Below, piece after piece: positions 24,942-37,900 of a DNA stretch of 64,000 nt. Source of the stretch: Callorhinchus milii (taxonomy: Eukaryota); assembly GCF_018977255.1 (NCBI RefSeq), contig NW_024704766.1, positions 7,564,001 through 7,628,000 of the forward strand, read 5' to 3'. The position numbers and the translations under genes were made by a program. The notes beneath the pieces were generated by a model. That model saw only the letters and a list, made by a program, of their open reading frames with translations, did no database searches and had not been told where the DNA came from. Each line of letters starts with the position of its first letter. The stretch's first letter is position 1.

Positions 24942-25049
24942 TGACACACTGAGCCCAACCCCACTCAGTCACTCTGACATCCTCTCTCTCCCCGAAACAG
25001 AAAGCTCCAAACCACAAGTAATGAAACACAACAGAGCCACGTTAAGATA

Positions 25050-25385
25050 GAATAATAATCCTCGCATTTGATACAACGCCTTATCATGTCTTCGAGACGT
25101 CTCAAAGCGCTTTACAGAATATACGGTAAAGTGAATTGACTGTACATTTTGTGGATGAAACGCGGCGGCTGATTACGCACAGCAGCGTCCCACAAACAGC
25201 CATGGATTGAGTGACCAAATTTTTAAAAAAATTCCAAGGGATTATTACCCCCGGAAAAGCGATCCATCAATCGTCTAACAACCGGATTCCTACTTACTGC
25301 TGGGTAAACAGGCATGTGGAGTAAGGAAACTCGGCCAACGTTTCATTCTGCCGGGAATCATACCCAGGTCCTCTCACTTGTGCCA
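25050..25385 (-). mobile_element. tRNA-derived SINE
   Basis: Same family body and tail as the other copies. Confidence 0.8.
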
Positions 25386-26100
25386 CATTGCCTTCCACCA
25401 CCTCTGGAACATGGTCAGACTACGGCACTACCTCACCCCTCACGCGGCTGAAACCCTGGTCCACGCCTTTATCACCTCAAGGCTGGACTATGGGAACTCT
25501 CTCCTCGTCGGCCTTCCCGGCCCTTCCTCCACACTGCAGGTCATTCAGAACTCTGCAGCTCGTGTACTGTCCCGCACCAGACACCGAGACCACATCACTC
25601 CCACCCTCGCCCTCACCCTCGCCCTCACCCTCACCCTCGCCCTCGCTCGCCTCCACTGGCTCCCCATCCCCCAGAGGATCGATTTCAAGATCCTCATCCT
25701 CACCTACAAGGCCATTCACGGCCTCGCTCCCTCCTATCTCTCCGACCTACTATCCCCTGCCCTTACCCTCCGTTCCTCTGGCTCCGGTCTGCTCCACATC
25801 CCCCGCCCCAACTGCCCCACCATCGGTGGCCTTCAGCCTCTCAGCCCCGAGGCTCTGGAACTCCATCCCCAGTGCCTTCGCCGCTTCCTCCCTTTCCTCC
25901 TTCAAAGCCGGTCTCAAGACCTTTCTCTTCAACCTTCAGCCTTCAGCTCCCCTCTCGACTCTCTACCCCCTCCTCGGTCCCTCCCCTCACCCTGACCATA
26001 TCCCCCCAATGCTCGGGTCCTGACCCAACTGTGCAGCGCCTTGGGACGTCCTCCCGATGTGAAAGGCGCTCTATAAGTGCAATCTTGTTGTTGTTGTTGT
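25385..26100 (+). mobile_element. L2 LINE 3' fragment
   Basis: [20 protein letters not shown]...[16 protein letters not shown] open frame and (GTT)n tail. Confidence 0.9.
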
Positions 26101-27317
26101 TGAGTGCTCTGGCGACTGAGCTACGAGACTCCACCATACAGATACAGTGAGCCCAACCATCAACATCAACCCCATTCACCCCCACCTCAAAAGAAAGCTG
26201 CAAAACCACGTGTAACGAAACACAACAGAACCAGGTTAAGCTAGAGTTATAATTCACCTCCCGATGTGTGCACATATCAAGCTGGAGGCATTACAGGATG
26301 GAGGGGGTTACCTTCAGTTGTGGTTGAATCTGTAGCATGATTGCAATAACACCATGTAAACCAGGAGGATATTTTACTTAAAAATACCATTTTACTGTCT
26401 TGTACGAAGATTGTATGATGTAAAAAATAAACCCGATCAGCATCGACCCACACAGAACACTGTGAAGCAACTAACAAACCCGTGCCCACCCACCCCGCCC
26501 ACCCACCCACCCACCCAGCTCAACCACCGTCTCAGAAAGAAACACAATCTGCCGGAGACTGCCTGACACAGTGTGCTGGGATAAGAAAACTCGCATTTTG
26601 ATGGTGATTTATCAAAATGCGGAATGTCTCGAGCCACTTCATAGCAATTATCGTCACGTGTTCTTTGTTGGCCAATCCGGTGGCCATTTTATGCACGGCA
26701 AGTCCCACAAACGCACACAGCCGTGAGGAGAATGGCTGATAAAGATAGAGGATCGCTGGCAGTAAAGAAACCCTTCCTCCCCTACAGGTTGAGTGCCGTC
26801 CCGCACACCTGAACAGTACGCTCCGTCTTCTTTTCCCCGAGCAAGGAAATCCCAACTGCAAGTGGAAAGAACACTCCCAATCCCGAATCCAATTGTCGAA
26901 AGGTTGACGTGAGAGACCCGGAAGCGACTCCACAGCACCTCCTGCTGGTCAGCAGTGCAGACACTCACAGCATGTCAGTCACCTCCTCCTTCACACCACA
27001 CACAGAAGCACCTCATGTATCACTGCTGACCACATGGAGACGTTGCTTAAAAAAAAGCATAGAAACCATACAAACTTCTCAGAATTTACAAAGCAAAATA
27101 TTCACAGGAATCCATCCACTTTAATATGAAAAGACGAGAGACTGTGGGCTCACGTTCCTCGTCTGCTCCTGGTTACGCCCAGCGGCCACAGCGCTCCGCA
27201 CAGCTTCTGCCACAGGAAGAACAATACCGGAGAGTTTTGTCGACACTCAGCACAAGGTCCACCAGGTGTCCAGACCAGCATCCAGTGTGCGCTCAGTGAA
27301 GGACAGGGCTGTACACT

Positions 27318-30300
27318 TCACATGTCCTCCACGCTCCACTTGTACGCCATGTCCTGCACCGCCTTCTGGTCTGCCAGACGTGCATAGCGCTTCTGCTCAA
27401 AGCCATTCGACCTGAAAGTTTTTCACATGTTATTTTATAACATCGAAAGCGCTTCCCAGGGAACTGCTGTCACAGGGATTACTGTATTTCTAAACGTGAC
27501 GGCCAATTTGCACACAGCTGAAGTCACACAAATGGCCATGAAGTGAATGAGTAATTTATCCAGTGGATTGTTTTAACATCCACCAGAATAGGCACAGACT
27601 GAACCTGGGTTTGACATCTCATGCAAAGGACAGCAGCTCTAACAATGCAATACCCACCCCACACCCATACACACCTGCAGACACACACCCCACACACACA
27701 CAAAACAACACTGAAGTGCCAGCCTAGACTGTGAGCTCCAAAGTCCCTGCTGTGTAACTTGAATCCACAAACCTATGCGCGCACACGCACACACACACAT
27801 CAGACAGCTGTACCAGTATTGAGTGCACGGAAACAAGGTTAAGTGGACCCTGAGCACATTGAAGCTGTGGCTCCAACGAGATCTCATCAGCCTTTCAGAG
27901 GGAAAGTCAGACACGGGCTCAGAAATCAGTGGACGATCTAAAGCTCAGATTGAAAGACATTTAAAATAAAGATTAAACGTTATGTTACCTGTCCACGCCG
28001 TCCCAGCGGTATCCTGGGTATATGTTAAAGCGGTTTGGAGGCGGCATAGGCCCGCTGTAGCGTGGTTTCTCTGCAAAGGGAAACCGAGACCTTTACCCAA
28101 ACATCTCGTTTGATCAGTCAGAGGCAGTTAGTAATAATAATAATCCTTGCATTTGATATAGTGTCTTATCACGTTGTCGATACGTCTCAAAACACTTCAC
28201 AGGATTTATTGTAAAGTGTTTTGACTGTATTTTGTGGGTGAAACGTGACAGCCAGTTTGCACGTAGTAATGTCCCACAAACAGTCGTGGAGCGAGTGACC
28301 AATTTTTTATCTGAGGGATTGTTGGCAGAGAGAGAAACTCCCTCTTTTCAAACAGCGCTATGGGATCTTTAGCTTGGTTTAACGTCTCATGTGAATATCG
28401 GCTCAGATCAGCTGCCATATCAACCTGTCCGCTCGCTCCGCTAGCAAGCTCTGGCGACCCTACCATTGGCGGTCAGGCCTTCAGTCTATTTGCCCCCACC
28501 CTCTGGAACTCCATCCCACAGACCGTTCTCCTTGCTCCTCTCCCTTGCCTCCTTCAAGACCCTTCACTTGGGCTGCGCTTTCGGTTACCCTCCTAACCCT
28601 ACCCTCCACCACTCCTGAACCCAACCCACGTCTCGGATCCAAACCCTGACTATTCAGTGCTTTGGGACGTCCTCCAGATGTGAAAGGCAGATGCTGTATG
28701 TGTTGTGTTGTTGTCTGACCTGAGTTCTGTCCGCACGTGTACACTGAACTCACCGTTCCTGTTCTTGGCCTCTTTCTCCTTTTTCCTCCTGAGCAGCCCC
28801 GCCATGGGGTCTCCATCTCGCTCTCGTTCCCTCAGCATCCGCTCCAGGTCCTCGTCATCCGCGTGGCGTGTCAGCGGTTTCTGCATCTCATGCAGCGCAG
28901 CCTCAGTGTTTCTCTTCTGCTGCTCTCCCTGAGCCAGGCTGGCGAGCGTCAGAGAGGGGGAGAGAGAAAGAGGAAGAGAGAGAAGCAGAGAGAGGCAGAG
29001 AGAGAGAAAGAGGGAGAGAGGCATAAATAGGGAGAGAAAAGGTGGCAGAAAGAGAAAAACAGGTAAATAGACAGTGGAAGAGAGGAAGAAAAATATTAAT
29101 AATATTGAGATGTCTCAAAGCGTTTCACAGGATATACTGTAAAGTGAATCAACTGTATATTTTGTGGGAGAAATGTAGTAGCCAATTGCGCACAGCAGTG
29201 TCCCACAAACAAGTCGTCGTTTGAGTAACCAATTATTATGCTTTTTGAAGGGATTATTACTCCCAAATTATTAACCCAACAGAATATATTATATATATAT
29301 AGAATAATAATATTCCTGCCGGGAATCAAACCCAGGTCCTCTCTCTTGCAGTATATAGTGTGACCCATTAACTAACAATGACAGTTAAGCAGAAGGTTTG
29401 TTGATTGGTCCTTATTTAAAAAAGGACATACTTGCCCCAGAGGGGGTGCAGCGTAGATTCACTCGGTTAGTTCCTGGGATGAGGGGACTGACCTATGAGG
29501 ATAGGCTGAATAAACTAGGGCTGTATTCTCTAGAGTACAGAAGAATTAGGGGAGAACTTATTGAAATCTTTAAGATTCTTAAAGAGCTGATAAAGTGGTC
29601 ACTGAGGGACTGTTTCCCCGGTGGGAGAATCTCTAACCAGGGGTCACAGTCTGAAAATTAAGGGTCAGTCTTTTAGAACAGAGTTGAGGAAACATTTCTT
29701 CGCTCAGAGGGCAGTGACTTTATGGAATTCACTCCCCCAGAAGGGCTGTAGATGTCAGTCCTCGAACATCTTCAAGGCTGAGACTGAGAGATTTTTTAAA
29801 AATAGAGGGATTAGGGGTATGGAGATAGGGCAGGTAATTAGAGTTTAGTCTGAAGATCAGCCATGATCTTATCGAATGGCGGGGCACAGGCTCGAGGGGC
29901 TGAATGGCCGACTCCTAATTCTTATGGGGAGATGTCTCACCCTTTCCCCCACTGAGCATATTTTTCAGCTGTCGCCGCCATCTCATTCTGTTTCTTCCGG
30001 TGTTCAATCCTCTCCTGGCGCAGATCTCTCTTCTTCCCGGATTTATCTCGGAAAACAGTTGTGGCGTTTTTCGATTCATCTGTTGTGTTCGGGGAGAAGG
30101 GGTGGGGGGGGAAGAAGGGAGGATGAGAGGGAGGCAGAGGGGGTAGAGAGGGGGGGGGATAGAGAGGGGGAGAGAGGGGGATGAGAAAACATTTGTGAAG
30201 TTTCCCAGATGATAGTTTCTGTGGCTTTTGGGGAGTTTGACGGTAAAACCTGTTTCTGGGGCGGCGGCGGATACTGATTCCTGATGCTGAGTCTTTTAAA

Positions 30301-33300
30301 CACCGTTACATTTATTTAAATTTAAAAAAATAGAAATTAAGTAATTTCTGCCTCAGGGTCCCTTTAACCCTTTCGCTGCGCATGCTCCCAGCGCCGCCCG
30401 GGCAGCTGTGCTCCGGCCCCCCCCCCCCGCCCAGCACTCTAACGGAAGCTTACTGGAACTCCCAACCAGGCATCGCTCGGATATGGAAGGGAAGTCGGAC
30501 TGGGATGTCGGAAAACTCTCGTTAATTCTGCCTGATATAAGCAGGTATCTGCAGCTCGTGTACTGTCCCACACCAGGCTTCGGGACCACATCACTCCCAC
30601 CCTCGCCCTCACCCTCGCCCTCGCTCGCCTCCACTGCTCCCCATCCCCCAGAGGATCGATTTCAAGATCCTCATCCTCACCTACAAGGCCATTCACGGCC
30701 TCGCTCCCTCCTACCTCTCCAACCTACTATCCCCCTACTTACCTGCCCGTACCCTCCATTCCTCTGGCTCCGGTCTGCTCCACATCCCCCGCCCCAACCG
30801 CCCGACCATCGGTGGCCTTCAGCCTCTCAGCCCCGAGGCTCTGGAACTCCATCCCCAGTGCCTTCGCCGCTTCCTCCCTTTCCTCCATCAAGGCCGGTCT
30901 CAAGACCTTTCTCTTTGACCTTCAGCCTTCAGCTCCCCTCTCGACTCTCTACCCCCTCCTCGCTCCCTCCCTTCCCTCCCCTCACCCTGACCATTTCCCC
31001 CTCCTCGCTCCCTCCCTTCCCTCCCCTCACCCTGACCATTTCCCCCTCCTCGCTCCCTCCCTTCCCTCCCGTCACCCTGACCATTTCCCCCCAATGCTCG
31101 GGTCCTGACCCAACTGTACAGCGCCTTGGAACATCCTCCTGACGTGAAAGGCGCTCTATAAATGGAATCTTGTTGTTGTTGTTGTTGCCTCTGGAGCAGA
31201 GCGGAAGCAGCTGATCCAGACAAGTCCAGTATTGGAGACACACAGACAAACAGCCCAGCGCAGAGGACAATCATACAGAACAGTTAGAGCCTGACTGAGC
31301 AGCTATACCTGCCAGGTGCTCCCCCGCCGTGTCCCGCAATCTCTGCTCCTCCCTCTCTTGTCTCAGGACATCGGCTGACAACAGACCAACCTTCCTGCTC
31401 GCAGGCGAACGGCTCTCCTGTGAACCAACAGCAAGTCAGGGCTTTCTCCACAACGCTGTGTACAGTGAGTGTGTGTGTATGTGGGTATGTTGTGTGTGCA
31501 TGTATAGTGAGTGTGTTTGTGCATTTGAAGTGAGTGTGTGCATGTGCATGTGTGGTGTGTGTGTAGTGTGCGTGTGGAGTGTGCGTGGTGCATTTGGAGC
31601 GTGCCTGTGTAGTGCGGGTGCAGTGTGTGTGTACGTGTGGGGAAAAACTCCAACCAGGGCTTTACTGCAGCTGATCCACAACCCTCTCCCCTCACGCGAA
31701 AATCAACCGGCCATGTACCCGCACAAAACCCTATCGACCTCTGTCCCAATCGGCAGCTGCAGGGAGCTGGAGGCTCTGACATGATCTCCCTGAAGCCTTG
31801 TACCGTGCGCCCAGTGACAAGCAGCTGATGTGTCACTGACCCGTTGACGCGCTTTCCCCTCGTGAGAGGACTGTATAGATGCAAGTAGTTGTTGTTGTTG
31901 ATCGCCGTCTGTACCTTTCCACCAGGACTCGTGGCTCGGCTGTTTCCTCTTCGATCAGTGATGTGTCCACGCCGCGGGGGTGAAAGGTCAGGTTCGGCAT
32001 TCCTCCTCCGGGGGGGGGAAAGGTCGGAGTCAGAGGAATATCCTGAGCCCTTCCGTGGTGGGGAGAGGTCGGAGTCGGAGTCGTGTCGGCAACGCGGGGC
32101 GGCTGCTGATCTTCCCTCCCTCTCGCCTGCTGCTCGGGAATACGGAAAGCAAATTTTAAACTCCTATCGATGGAAATTTAGGGTAGAAAAAAACACTGTC
32201 CATACAAAGCATTTAATTTACAGGACTGAACTGTACTAATCATTAATTCACTGCAACATTTAACGCAGTCAGAGGGGACCTTGCCTTGCGAGCACAAACG
32301 TACCTTTCACACTGCTCCGCTTCCTCGCGGCAGCTGAATTGGAGTCTGGAGAAGGATTACGTCCTTTCCGAGGAGGCGACAGATCGGAATCAGAGCCCAA
32401 TCCAGAGAGCGAGTCTGAAGAGAAGTGGGATTTTTTGGAAACGACTGAAAAGTCGTCACAATTCTGCCGAGTCCTGGATGGGGATGGGTCTGCAGACCCG
32501 CTGTGCTGTGACCTCTCTCCGGCTCGTTTTTCAGGCGAAAGTTCCGGAGAATCGTGCCGTCCCCTCCTGGGAGGTGAAAAGTCACTTGTTTTCCGATCAA
32601 GTGGAGGATTATCTCCCTTTGCTATCCGTGCAGATTCACCAGCATCAGGTAAAGCGCTGCGGACAGTCAAGCATTTATAGCAGTTAGAACCAACAACAAC
32701 AAATGACATTTGTAAAGTGCCTTTCACGTCGGAAGGACATCCCAAGACCCAGGGATTTGGACCCGAGCTGGGGGCTGGGATCAGGAGGGGTGGAGGGCAG
32801 GGAGGGAGCCAAAGGCATGATTGAAGAGGAGGATCTCGAGGCGGGCCTTGAAGGAGGCGAGGCAGGGAAGGAGCGAGGCGAAAGGATTGTGGAATGAAAT
32901 TCCAAAGGGTGGGGGCAGAGTGGCTGAAGGCCTGACCGTTAATGGTGGAGCAGACCGAGCGGGAGACATGGAGCAGGATGGAACCTGCTGAGCAGAGGGA
33001 GCGGACAGGTTGATATGGCCCCACAGAACATTTCACTTTATCGCAAGAAACACTCAGCAGTTCATGACAGAGTCATCAACCTGAAAAATTAACTCACTTT
33101 GCTCTCTCCATAGATGCTGCCTGACCTGCTGAGTGTTCCCAGAGACTTGTTTTTATTTCAGATTTCCAGCTACTGAAGTATTTTGCTTTCACTGACACTG
33201 AGCCGGGGGCAGGTGGGGGGGGAATGGGAGGTGACTGTAAGCACGACAAAAAGGAGGGTCTTTAGGCAGGATTTGAAAATGTGGAAGGAAGGAAGACTAA

Positions 33301-36300
33301 TAGACTATTTCCCTGTGGAACTCCATGGTTGAAAAAAAGAAAGCGAGTTAGGCAGCATAACGACACAGCTCGGAGTGAGGTCACTGGTCAGCAACGTGGA
33401 GGCCAGCACATTTGGGGCCCACAGTACCCCGTGTAGTGAGTGTCACCAAGTGTCAGGGGAAGGTCCTACACAGAGCGGCTGAGCATGGGGAGGGGTGTGA
33501 ATGTGAAGACAACACAGCAGAATCTTTACATACATACTGGACATCAGCAATTGACAGACACTTACCTGCCTGTGTGCAGGGGTGGCTCAGATTCGTTCTC
33601 ATCTACAATAGGAAACAAGCAAAGGTTACACGTCTGCCCACAGAAGGGAGGTGGGGCGGGGGGGCTCCCTGTCTCTGAAAAACAACAGGGCTCAGAGCAC
33701 GCGACAGTAATAGGAAGACTTTCAATCCATCCAGTCTGTTCTGCCAATTTATTAAATGGTAGCAGATATATTTATCATATGTCCCTGGCTTTTATCCATA
33801 TTAGTTGCCAAATATCGATCTGCCTTTTAAACATCCCCGTTATTGGAGTGTGGAATGGTTCAATATCTCCCTGAAGGCTGGAGGAGGATGACCCTAATTT
33901 ATCTTACTGGTAAATACTAGCCCAGGAACATTGATCTCATAAACAACTTTCAGATTTAGAGTTAACAACTGGCACCGCCTTCCATCACCTCCAGAATGTC
34001 GCCAGACTACGGCACTACCTCACCCTTCACGCGGCTGAAACTCTGGTCCACACCTTTATCACCTCAAGGCTGGACTATGGGACCTCTCTCCTCGTCGGCC
34101 TTCCCGCCCTCCCTCCACACTGCAGGTCATTCAGAACTCTGCAGCTCGTGTACTGTCCCGCACCAGACACCGCGACCACATCACTCCCACCCTCGCCCTC
34201 ACCCTCACCCTCACCCTCACTGATTCCTGATGCTGAGTCTTTTAAACACCGTTACATTTATTTAAATTTTAAAAAAATAGAAATTAAGTAATTTCTGCCT
34301 CAGGGTCCCTTTAACCCTTTCGCTGCGCATGCTCCCAGCGCGCCCGGGCAGCTGTGCTCCCCCGCCCCCCCCCCGCCCAGCACTCTAACGGAAGCTTACT
34401 GGAACTCCCCAGCAGGCATCGCTCGGATATGGGGAAGTCGGACCGGGATGTCGGAAAACTCTCGTTAATTCTGCCTGATATAAGCAGGTATCTGCAGCTC
34501 GTGTACTGTCCCACACCAGGCTTCGGGACCACATCACTCCCACCCTCGCCCTCACTCCCCCCCTCGCTCGCCTCCACTGCTCCCCATCCCCAGAGGATCG
34601 ATTTCAAGATCCTCATCCTCACCTACAAAGCCATTCACGGCCTCGCTCCTCCTACCTCTCCACCTACTATCCCCTACCTACCTGCCCGTACCCTCCTTCC
34701 TCTGGCTCCGGTCTGCTCCACATCCCCCGCCCCAACCGCCCTACCATCGGTGGCCTTCAGCCTCTCAGCCCCGAGGCTCTGGAACTCCATCCCCAGTGCC
34801 TTCGCCGCTTCCTCCCTTTCCTCCATCAAGGCCGGTCTCAAGACCTTTCTCTTCGACCTTCAGCCTTCAGCTCCGCTCTCGACTCTCTACCCCCTCCTCC
34901 CTCCCTCCCTTCCCTCCCCTCACCCTGACCATTTCCCCCCTCCTCGCTCCCTCCCTTCCCTCCCCTCCCCCTGACCATTTCTCCCCAATGCTCGGGTCCC
35001 GACCCAACTGTACAGCGCCTTGGGACGTCCTCCCGACGTGAAAGGCGCTCTATAAATGAAATCTTGTTGTTGTTGTTGTGGGCAGAATTGGCTTAGAGCA
35101 GTTAATGAGAATGACACACTGAGGAGGGCTGGACACAAGCACTAAACTGCATTGAATTACTTCTAAAGATTATCGATCCAGCAATGATTCTGTTCCCTAA
35201 TATGTCAAGTTCAAACAAAAAGAAAGATCACAAATCACAAACTTCTGGGATTCAAAGATTTTACTCGAGACAAAAAAATTCTACCACTTGGTTCAGTTAG
35301 AATTTACCCCATTGGGTGGCCGCACTGAGGGCCCAAGCACTCTCTGCTCTCTCCTCAGCTCAGCCTCCAGCTACTAACATCCTGTCACAGACTCGGAAAA
35401 AACCCTGCAGATTCAGATAGGATTTGGGTATCTGTCTGCAACAAGTTCATCACAGACCTGCTAGAATCTTCCATTTACTGCTCGATCGAAACTCTTCCAT
35501 TCGTCGAACAATCTCGGGCCTTTCATCAATGAACTCCACCACCTGAAAGCAACAACAACAAATTATACATGCAACGCAGAGAACGAACAAAAGGAAATCT
35601 TAAATAAAAGCAAGTCGCTGGGAACATGGAGCAGGTCAGGCAGCATCTATGCAGAGAGGAAAGTGAGTTAACGTTTCAGATCAATGACCTTTTATCAGAA
35701 CTCAAATGTGAAAGGTTATCAACCTGATACGTTAATTCACTTTCCTCTGTCCATAGATGCTGCCTGACCTGCTGAGTGTTGCCAAAGAACGAACAAACTG
35801 ATGGAACTGGTTTCAATGGCTGATCAGGCGCCTACCATTCTGTCACACTGTCCCTATGGCGCAACAGTACCAGTGTAAGTAATGCAGAGAACATTGCTTC
35901 CCTTTCTACGCTAGATTCAATTCAATAAACACTGGCCAATTCCTGATAAGTGACACGGACACACAAACAAGTTATGAGGCGTGTCATTGTACATGAACCT
36001 ACCAGGGGGGCTTCATCCTCTTCCTCACACTCTCTCTCCTCCTCATTCTTCACCTGCATCAGGTTCTTCCAGGTCACATCATCGTCCACAATCCGCATCC
36101 TATAGTAACAGAGCAGAGAGCTCTTCAACCAGCCCATCACCAACCCCAGCCCAGCATGTTCACAATGGCCACAATTTCATTTGAAGGGAGGCAGCCTGTG
36201 GCTCAGTTGATCACATCCTCGTCTCTGTGGGCTGGAAGTTGTCGGTTCGAGCCCCACGTCGGGAACTTTTGAGCTCACAATCCAGGTGCAGTGCTGGGGG

Positions 36301-37736
36301 AACTTTGGATGAGACGTTAACCCAAGGTCTTGCCTGTGCCTATTCAGGTGGACATTAAAGACCCTGCGAGTTTCTCTCCCGGTTTCCTTGCCGACAAAAC
36401 CGTGTGGGTAAGATGGCCACCACACCTCAAACAGCCACTACACCCGACAGCGACTCCTCGCAAAGAATTCTGAGACACAGAGGCATCATGACTGCGCCTG
36501 AGCTTGTGGGGAGGGATTCACTCTGTGACCATAACTGCTAGTAATAATCTTTGCATTTGATACAGCGTCTTATCACATCATCGAGACGTCTCAAAGCGCT
36601 TCACAGGATATACTGTAAAGTGTAGTGACTGTGTGTTTTGTGAGCAAAACAGTTACAGGCCAAAAGGGTTACATTAGTTTTTACATAATTACATAATTGT
36701 CATGTGGGTCAGTAACCCGAGGACACCGATTTAAGATAACTGTTAAAAGAAACAGAGGGGAGGTGAGGATAACATTTTCACCCCAGCGAGGTGTTGGGAT
36801 CTGGAAGGGTAGTGGAAGCCGATTCAATAACAACTTTTAAGAGAGAAGTGGATGGTATTTGGCGAGGACAGGATTGCAGGGCTGTGGAGAGAAAGCCGCC
36901 AGTGGGATTGAGTTGGAAGCTCTTTTAGGAGCCGGTGCAGACACAATGGGCCGAATGGCCTCTTTCTCTGCTGTATGATACTATGAGTCTATGATTAGGC
37001 CATGGGGTGTGGTGCTGCAGGGAGAGGGTCAGGGGCCAAGGGGGCAGGGTGACAGGGTCAGGGGGAGAGGGTCAGGGGGAGGGTCAGTGGGAGAGGGTCA
37101 GGGGGAGAGGGTCAGTGGGAGAGGGTCAGTGGGAGAGGATCAGGGGGAGAGGGTCAGGGGGAGAGGGTCAGGGGGAGGGTCAGGGGGAGAGGGTCAGTGG
37201 GAGAGGGTCAGTGGGAGAGGATCAGGGGGAGAGGGTCAGGGGGAGAGGGTCAGTGGGAGAGGGTCAGTGGGAGAGGGTCAGGGGGAGAAGGTCAGGGGCC
37301 AAGGGGGCAGGGTGACAGGGTCAGGGGGAGAGGGTCAGTGGGAGAGGGTCAGGGGGAGAGGGTCAGTGGGAGAGGGTCAGTGGGAGAGGTCAGGGGGAGA
37401 GGGTCAGGGGGAGAGGGTCAGTGGGAGAGGGTCAGTGGGAGAGGGTCAGGGGGAGAGGGTCAGTGGGAGGGGATCAGGGTGACAGGGTCAGGGGGAGAGG
37501 GTCAGTGGGAGAATCACAGCAGGCGCTGTGCGCGGGGAGAGGCCCACAGCCGTCAGTCCCCTCCACCCCGGCCTGAGTGAGAACTCGAGGCCGAGGCTTG
37601 AGGCCTGAGGCTGCTGTGAGGCTCGCACTCACCCTCCGGTTTTCATCACCTTCACTTTCTTCTTCTTTTTCCCGGCGGGGGCCTCTCCATCGCACAGGTA
37701 GCGCTTCAGGTATTCCTCCTTACTGACAGCCGCCAT
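27318..37736 (-). CDS. BUD13: BUD13 homolog (RES complex splicing factor)
   Basis: Phase-consistent exons: 37633-37736 ([14 protein letters not shown]), 36003-36099 ([10 protein letters not shown]), 35458-35542 ([10 protein letters not shown]), 33566-33602, 32304-32656, 31915-32129 (DSDLSPPR repeats), 31309-31417, 29941-30079 ([11 protein letters not shown]...YAQWGKG), 28754-28938 (EMQKPLTR...DGDPMA), 27989-28070 ([18 protein letters not shown]), 27318-27411 (SNGFEQKRY...YKWSVEDM-stop). Confidence 0.97.
28130..28710. mobile_element. SINE fragment, DeuSINE core fragment and L2 3' fragment in a BUD13 intron
   Basis: SINE tail 28130-28310 (minus), Deu-domain-like 28325-28400 (minus), L2 tail 28410-28710 (plus). 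Confidence 0.6.
29390..29930 (+). mobile_element. CR1-clade LINE 3' end
   Basis: Encodes [42 protein letters not shown], followed by a CR1-type 3' UTR (gggctgaatggccgactcct). Confidence 0.85.
30273..31187 (+). mobile_element. Chimeric segment: ~276-bp non-LINE head fused to an L2 3' end (copy 1)
   Basis: Closely similar to 34219-35079 along its whole length. Confidence 0.7.
32690..33010 (-). mobile_element. L2 LINE 3' fragment
   Basis: [14 protein letters not shown] and an L2 tail with ttg repeats near 32690-32705. Confidence 0.75.
33970..35079 (+). mobile_element. L2 fragment (33970-34218) followed by copy 2 of the chimeric head-plus-L2 segment (34219-35079)
   Basis: Direct alignment by eye to 30273-31187. 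Confidence 0.7.
36191..36415 (+). mobile_element. DeuSINE-like element (tRNA-like head plus Deu core)
   Basis: Head gtggctcagttg...ggttcgagcccca, then gatgagacgttaacc...caggtggacattaaagaccc, which matches my recollection of the AmnSINE1/SacSINE1 Deu domain. Confidence 0.6.
36700..36985 (+). mobile_element. CR1 LINE 3' fragment (similar fragments at 38030-38235, 38915-38970, 49440-49750 minus, 51490-51700, 60990-61200)
   Basis: acacaatgggccgaatggcc...ctgtatgatactatg CR1-type terminus. Confidence 0.7.
37020..37510. repeat. G-rich 14-15-bp minisatellite (gagggtcagtggga / gagggtcaggggga) in BUD13 intron 1
   Basis: Direct reading. Confidence 0.9.
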
Positions 37737-37754
37737 TGCCAGCCCGCCAATAAC

Positions 37755-37900
37755 CCGCCCCCATAGCAACCTGGCACGTGACCGGCACCGCCATCTTGGT
37801 AAAGGTCTTGTGACGCCAGCTGTCAGCCCCTGCCGCCATCTTGGGAAAGGAGACATCTACGTCAGCAATCAGCCACTCTGCCGCCATCTTGGTAAAGGAA
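37755..37900 (-). promoter_or_regulatory. BUD13 promoter / 5' UTR with three YY1-type motifs, an E-box and an RFX half-site
   Basis: CCGCCATCTTGG at 37788, 37833 and 37881; CACGTGAC at 37775; CCATAGCAAC at 37761; directly upstream of the ATG at 37736. Confidence 0.65.

Noticed and set aside
31739-31789. Possible extra 51-nt in-frame BUD13 exon
   Set aside because: Weak donor (GTCGAT) and not needed for phase; left out of the model pending RNA evidence.
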